From Salpingoeca rosetta (Eukaryota > Protista > Choanoflagellata): a stretch of DNA of 11,493 nt. Where the stretch lies: positions 3,106,352-3,117,844 of the forward strand of contig JAWQFM010000001.1 in NCBI GenBank assembly GCA_033442325.1. Direction: 5' to 3'. Position 1 is the first letter of the stretch. Each line of letters opens with the position of its first letter. The translations under genes were made by a program, and so were the position numbers. Positions 7,940-11,493 of the stretch are shown here, piece after piece. Below the pieces are notes generated by a model, which was given only the letters and a program-made list of their open reading frames with translations, ran no database searches and was not told the origin of the DNA.

Positions 7940-8592
7940 TGTAGAGGTGGTGGGCTCGGGTCGAGAAACAGTGCTGAAGTGAGGTCCAAGTGACACCTTC
8001 ACGAAAGCAAAATGAAGGGGAACCAGAAAAAGAGACAGAGCCAATGGCCAGTGGCGTCGACGATGCCTCGTGTAGCTTCCTTGTAGCACAGCTGTGTAGT
8101 CGGAGGAGAAGGAGAGGCGGCACTTCTCTTTTCTGCACGAAGCTTGCACGGCCACACGACGACCAGTCGTTGATACGGCGCAGTCACACGGGTAGCTCGC
8201 AAGGTCTCGTGCTCAATGCTTGCACGGCCACATGCAGCGAGTGATATGAGCTGGGCGCAAAAGGGTCGTTGGTGAGTGGGGTAGACACAGCCACTTGTTG
8301 TTGCACGCGGCACGCATCCGAAACAATGCGACGCCCAGACACATGCCGCCATGGACGATGCCTGGTTCGGCCGCCATGACGGTGAACGACGTGTGTGGGT
8401 GTGGGGGGGGATGATGTGTGTGTGATGTGGTGTGAGACAGCACTGGTTGGTTGGCAGTTCGGATTCTGCCACAAGTTGGCACCTTCCGGTCCGCTCCGGT
8501 GGGCTGTTTGAGACACCACAAAAGATGATGGTGCATGTTTGGACAATTTGCGGTTATTTTCGATTGTTTTTCTAGCAGCCAAGACGAGCACG
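7940..8592. promoter_or_regulatory. Divergent (head-to-head) intergenic region, probable bidirectional promoter
   Basis: 653 bp separate the start codons of the minus-strand receptor gene (7939) and the plus-strand mS26-like gene (8593); both 5'UTRs and promoters must fit here. Confidence 0.5.
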
Positions 8593-9315
8593 ATGATGCT
8601 GGCGGCGTTGACGAGGCGGGTGGGTGGTGTGAGCGCCAGAAGCAGCATGGTGCCAGTGGCGGCTGGTCGCGGCGTTGTGGGGCCTGCGGTTGTGGCGGCG
8701 GCGCGTGCGTTGCATGTGAGTGGCGCAGCGTGGCGGAAGCCCACGCCGTTTGTGATTGAGCGCAAGCGGTGGCAGGAGGCCGTGTCAAGCCTGCGCAAGG
8801 AGGTGATGCAGCAGCACGGCGAGAAGACCAAAGCGCACCATGAGCAACAATCGACACAGGCCGCATCCAAGGAAGCAAAGGCGCAGCAAAGGCGCGCCCT
8901 GAGAGAGGCCGCTCGTGAAGAAAAGCGCAAGAAGACCCAGCTGTTCCTGTACGTCATTGTTGAGCGTGACCGGGTATCTGGTGTGGTATTGTGTGTGGTG
9001 TTTTATGTGTTTTGGTGTGCCATGGTCTTTCTTGCACAACGTGCCAAGTTCTCAAGGCTTGTGCAAAGCCCTTTTGTGCTGTATGATTGAATGCAACACC
9101 TTTGCCTTTGGCTTTGCATTTGCTCAGTGCTCACATAGCTACTTGCGGCGTGCTCGCTGCCGTTGCTGCTGCCTCTCTTGCTGTGTTGCCACTCAGGGAT
9201 GGCATCGCAAGTGTAAGGAAAGAATTGAAGCTGATCAAGATTCGGCAGGGGCAGGAGCGATATGCTATGGATCAAGCCAAGGTTCACTGCTTTTCCTGGC
9301 ACACACATGTGTGCA

Positions 9316-9362
<47 letters not shown>

Positions 9363-9857
9363 TGGGTGTGTCTGTGTGTGTGTGTGGTGTGTGTGTGTGT
9401 GCGTCTGTGTGTGTGTCTGTGTGTCTTCTTGTTAAGGGCTCACTGTAACGGAATTCTGCTTGCCTCCGCTACAGAAACGCGAGCACGCGAAGCGCATGAT
9501 TCAGAAGAAGATGGAAGAACGGTAAGGGCGTGGCTGCTTGTGCTTGCAAACTTGTGCGCCTCCTTTTGTTTGCTAATTGCCACATCAACCCACATCCACG
9601 AGCGTGAGCCCAAGTTTGCGACCACCTCTCACACACATCATGCCATCACCTCTTCAACACGGCCTCATCACTACACCGTCGCCTGCAGGGTCGCGTACAT
9701 TACGGAGACGGACGCTGCAGAGCTTGAGCGGGCGGTGCTGGACCGGATACACGAGCCTGTCAAGTACGACTTCTTCGTGGACACCCCCAAGCCCAACACG
9801 GCCCGCCGCATTTCAAGCGTGCTGTCGGGCTTTGACACCGTCTTTCAGAGAACGTAA
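8593..9857 (+). CDS. MRPS26: Mitochondrial small ribosomal subunit protein mS26-like, 218 aa; exons 8593-8948, 9197-9281, 9475-9521, 9689-9857
   Basis: N-terminus MMLAALTRRVGGVSARSS...ARALHVSGAAWRK is Arg/Ala/Ser-rich and acid-free, typical of a mitochondrial presequence. A long charged helix follows (RWQEAVSSLRKEV...). The C-terminal AYITETDAAELERAVLDRIHEPVKYDFFVD resembles my recollection of the mS26 motif FITxENLExxIExALDxxxxYNxAI. Introns are GT..CAG with phases 2,0,2 and give an open 657-nt CDS; the intron 2 donor (GTTCAC) is weak. Gene structure is well supported, family assignment moderately. Confidence 0.7.
9319..9424. repeat. (TG)n microsatellite, perfect then degenerate, in intron 2 of the mS26-like gene
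   Basis: Directly visible TG run. Confidence 0.9.
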
Positions 9858-10199
9858 CACGATCTTGATCCATGGCCCTCGCCACTCACCGACTGCGCTT
9901 GACTGACTCTGTGGTTCTCTGGTGTGTGTGTGGGGGGGGGGGTCTGCCTTTCTTGTGTGTGTGTGCGCGCGCGCTCAACTCTTTGTGTCCCGCTGTGTTT
10001 CGATGGAGTAGGCAGTTTCTATCTCTGAACGCTGTTGGTTGGTCGGTTCAATACAAAAACAGCAGAACGAATCTTCTATCCATCTTGTTCGCTCAAGCCA
10101 GAGCAGACAGCGCGCACCACACGAGCGGCGACAGACAACCGAAGCACTCACTCACACACACACACACACCACACACACACGCACACAAGCATGCGTGCA

Positions 10200-11359
10200 T
10201 CACGCTGCATCATCGTTTGCTGCTGTGCTTGCTGCCTCCTCTTCGTCATCATGCTTCTCTTGTGGTGTCGCTGTCGCATCAGCAGCATCCTCCCGCTCGT
10301 CCATCGCCACCACTGCCTCATCAGCCTCAGCCTCAGCCGTTGCCGTTGCTGTTGCATCACTGCCAGCCTCACCCGCGCCCAATTGCCCCTCCTCCCCCTC
10401 CTCCTGGTGCTGCTGCTCGTCCTGCCCTGCATCGTGTTCCTGTTGTTCCTCCGCTGTGCGCGTTGCGTGGGCATCCGCATCCTCGTCGCCATATGTAAAG
10501 CCTGCGCAGCAGTGGAGGGGGGTGTTGAAGGCAGGTGAGCTGGGCACCAGCAGCGCAGAAATGACGTCCAGCGTACAACACAACACAGCACAAACACACG
10601 CGACACAAACACGCATGCACAACAACACAACACAACACAACACAACACAACACAACACAACACAACACAACACAACACACAACACAACACAACACAACAC
10701 AACACAACAACACAACACAACACACAACACAACAACACAACACAACACAACACAACACAACACAACACAACACAACACAACACACGCGACAACAGCAAGA
10801 CAGACAGCCAAAGCAACGACGACAACAATAAGCCAAGGGCAGGTGGGCGCACCAATCTGGTGGATGCGGTCCCTGTGGCGCTCAAACTCCTCGGGCTCAA
10901 AGCCGCGGTGCACAACAGTCAGCTCGTTGGCCACGCTCGGCTTGCGCTGCAGCAAGGAGGGCGAGGGAGGCGGGGTGAGTGTGTGAGTGTGTGTGTGTGT
11001 GTGTGAGCGAGTGAGTGTGTGTGTGTGTGTTTGGGATATTGGATGGAGGTGGACAATGACAGAAACGAAATTGTCCAATTCAGCACACGTTGGTGAATGA
11101 ACCTCAACACGCGCAAACACACACACATGAACAATCACACGCAGAACACGCCACGATACGCCACAACTACTACACGACAAGTCGCACACAATCACACACA
11201 CACACACACACAATCACAATCACAGATACACGCACGCACGCACGCACACACGTGCAGTACCTTGCGCGGGCGCTTTGAGAGCTGGACGCGTTCGTGGAGG
11301 GGAACAAACTCGAGCTTCTTCTGCCCGTCCTCCTCATACTCAACAAACGCATACATGTC
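10200..11359 (-). CDS. PAF1: RNA polymerase II-associated factor 1 (Paf1) homologue, 3' part; exons 11359-11261, 10946-10853, 10501-10200; upstream exons lie beyond the window
   Basis: Spliced translation DMYAFVEYEEDGQKKLEFVPLHERVQLSKRPRK/RKPSVANELTVVHRGFEPEEFERHRDRIHQIG/FTYGDEDADA...NDDAA*. This matches the Paf1 C-terminal pattern (human, from memory: NYFF...YYNELETRVRLSKRR...[23 protein letters not shown]) followed by an acidic tail. Introns are GT..CAG with consistent phases (0,1). Confidence 0.82.
10619..10782. repeat. (CAACA)n / (TGTTG)n pentanucleotide satellite in the last PAF1 intron
   Basis: About 30 slightly interrupted CAACA units. Confidence 0.92.
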
Positions 11360-11424
11360 CTGCACAAAGGCGCCGGCAGTTTGGGAGGGGGGAGGGGATG
11401 TGGGGCGTTGATGAACAATCCGTG

Positions 11425-11425
<1 letters not shown>

Positions 11426-11461
<36 letters not shown>
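11426..11461. repeat. (GT)n microsatellite in a PAF1 intron
   Basis: Directly visible; reads (CA)n on the sense strand upstream of the acceptor at 11360. Confidence 0.9.
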
Positions 11462-11463
<2 letters not shown>

Positions 11464-11493
11464 AGTGTGAGCGAGATAAAATCTGAATGAGTG

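Noticed and set aside
7940-8155. GTG start at 8155 given by the ORF track
   Set aside because: In a eukaryotic context the first ATG (7939, A at -3) followed by a signal-like segment is the more plausible start.
10619-10782. Regular repeat array considered as CRISPR or telomeric repeat
   Set aside because: Simple 5-bp satellite without spacers, located inside a spliceosomal intron.
9872-10986. + strand ORFs of 167-315 aa and Cys/Val-rich - strand ORFs
   Set aside because: Antisense or alternate-frame readings of the PAF1 acidic tail and the intronic satellite.

Overview
Eukaryotic, GC-rich, microsatellite-laden genomic DNA with short GT-AG introns. Its style resembles a choanoflagellate such as Salpingoeca rosetta (inference, not verified). 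I can reconstruct four protein-coding genes by hand. (1) A 4-exon PRL/PTP4A prenylated phosphatase (+, 1405..2735, 165 aa, ending in the CaaX box CTIL). (2) An apparently intronless ~1477-aa single-pass membrane protein (-, 3506..7939) with a mucin-like ectodomain and a long disordered, kinase-less tail carrying several SH2-type tyrosine motifs. (3) A 4-exon mitochondrion-targeted coiled-coil protein resembling mitoribosomal mS26/MRPS26 (+, 8593..9857). (4) The last three exons of a PAF1 homologue (-, 10200..11359). The most notable unannotated element is a 24-codon upstream ORF (965..1039) in a long leader of the PRL gene that otherwise lacks AUGs. This matches the architecture of the Mg2+-sensing uORF control described for mammalian PRLs. 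Other points of interest are a predicted geranylgeranyl rather than farnesyl PRL tail, introns with GT-rich 5' halves and CA-rich 3' halves, and the orphan phosphotyrosine-adaptor-like receptor. Most ORFs in the supplied track are shadow or microsatellite artefacts.
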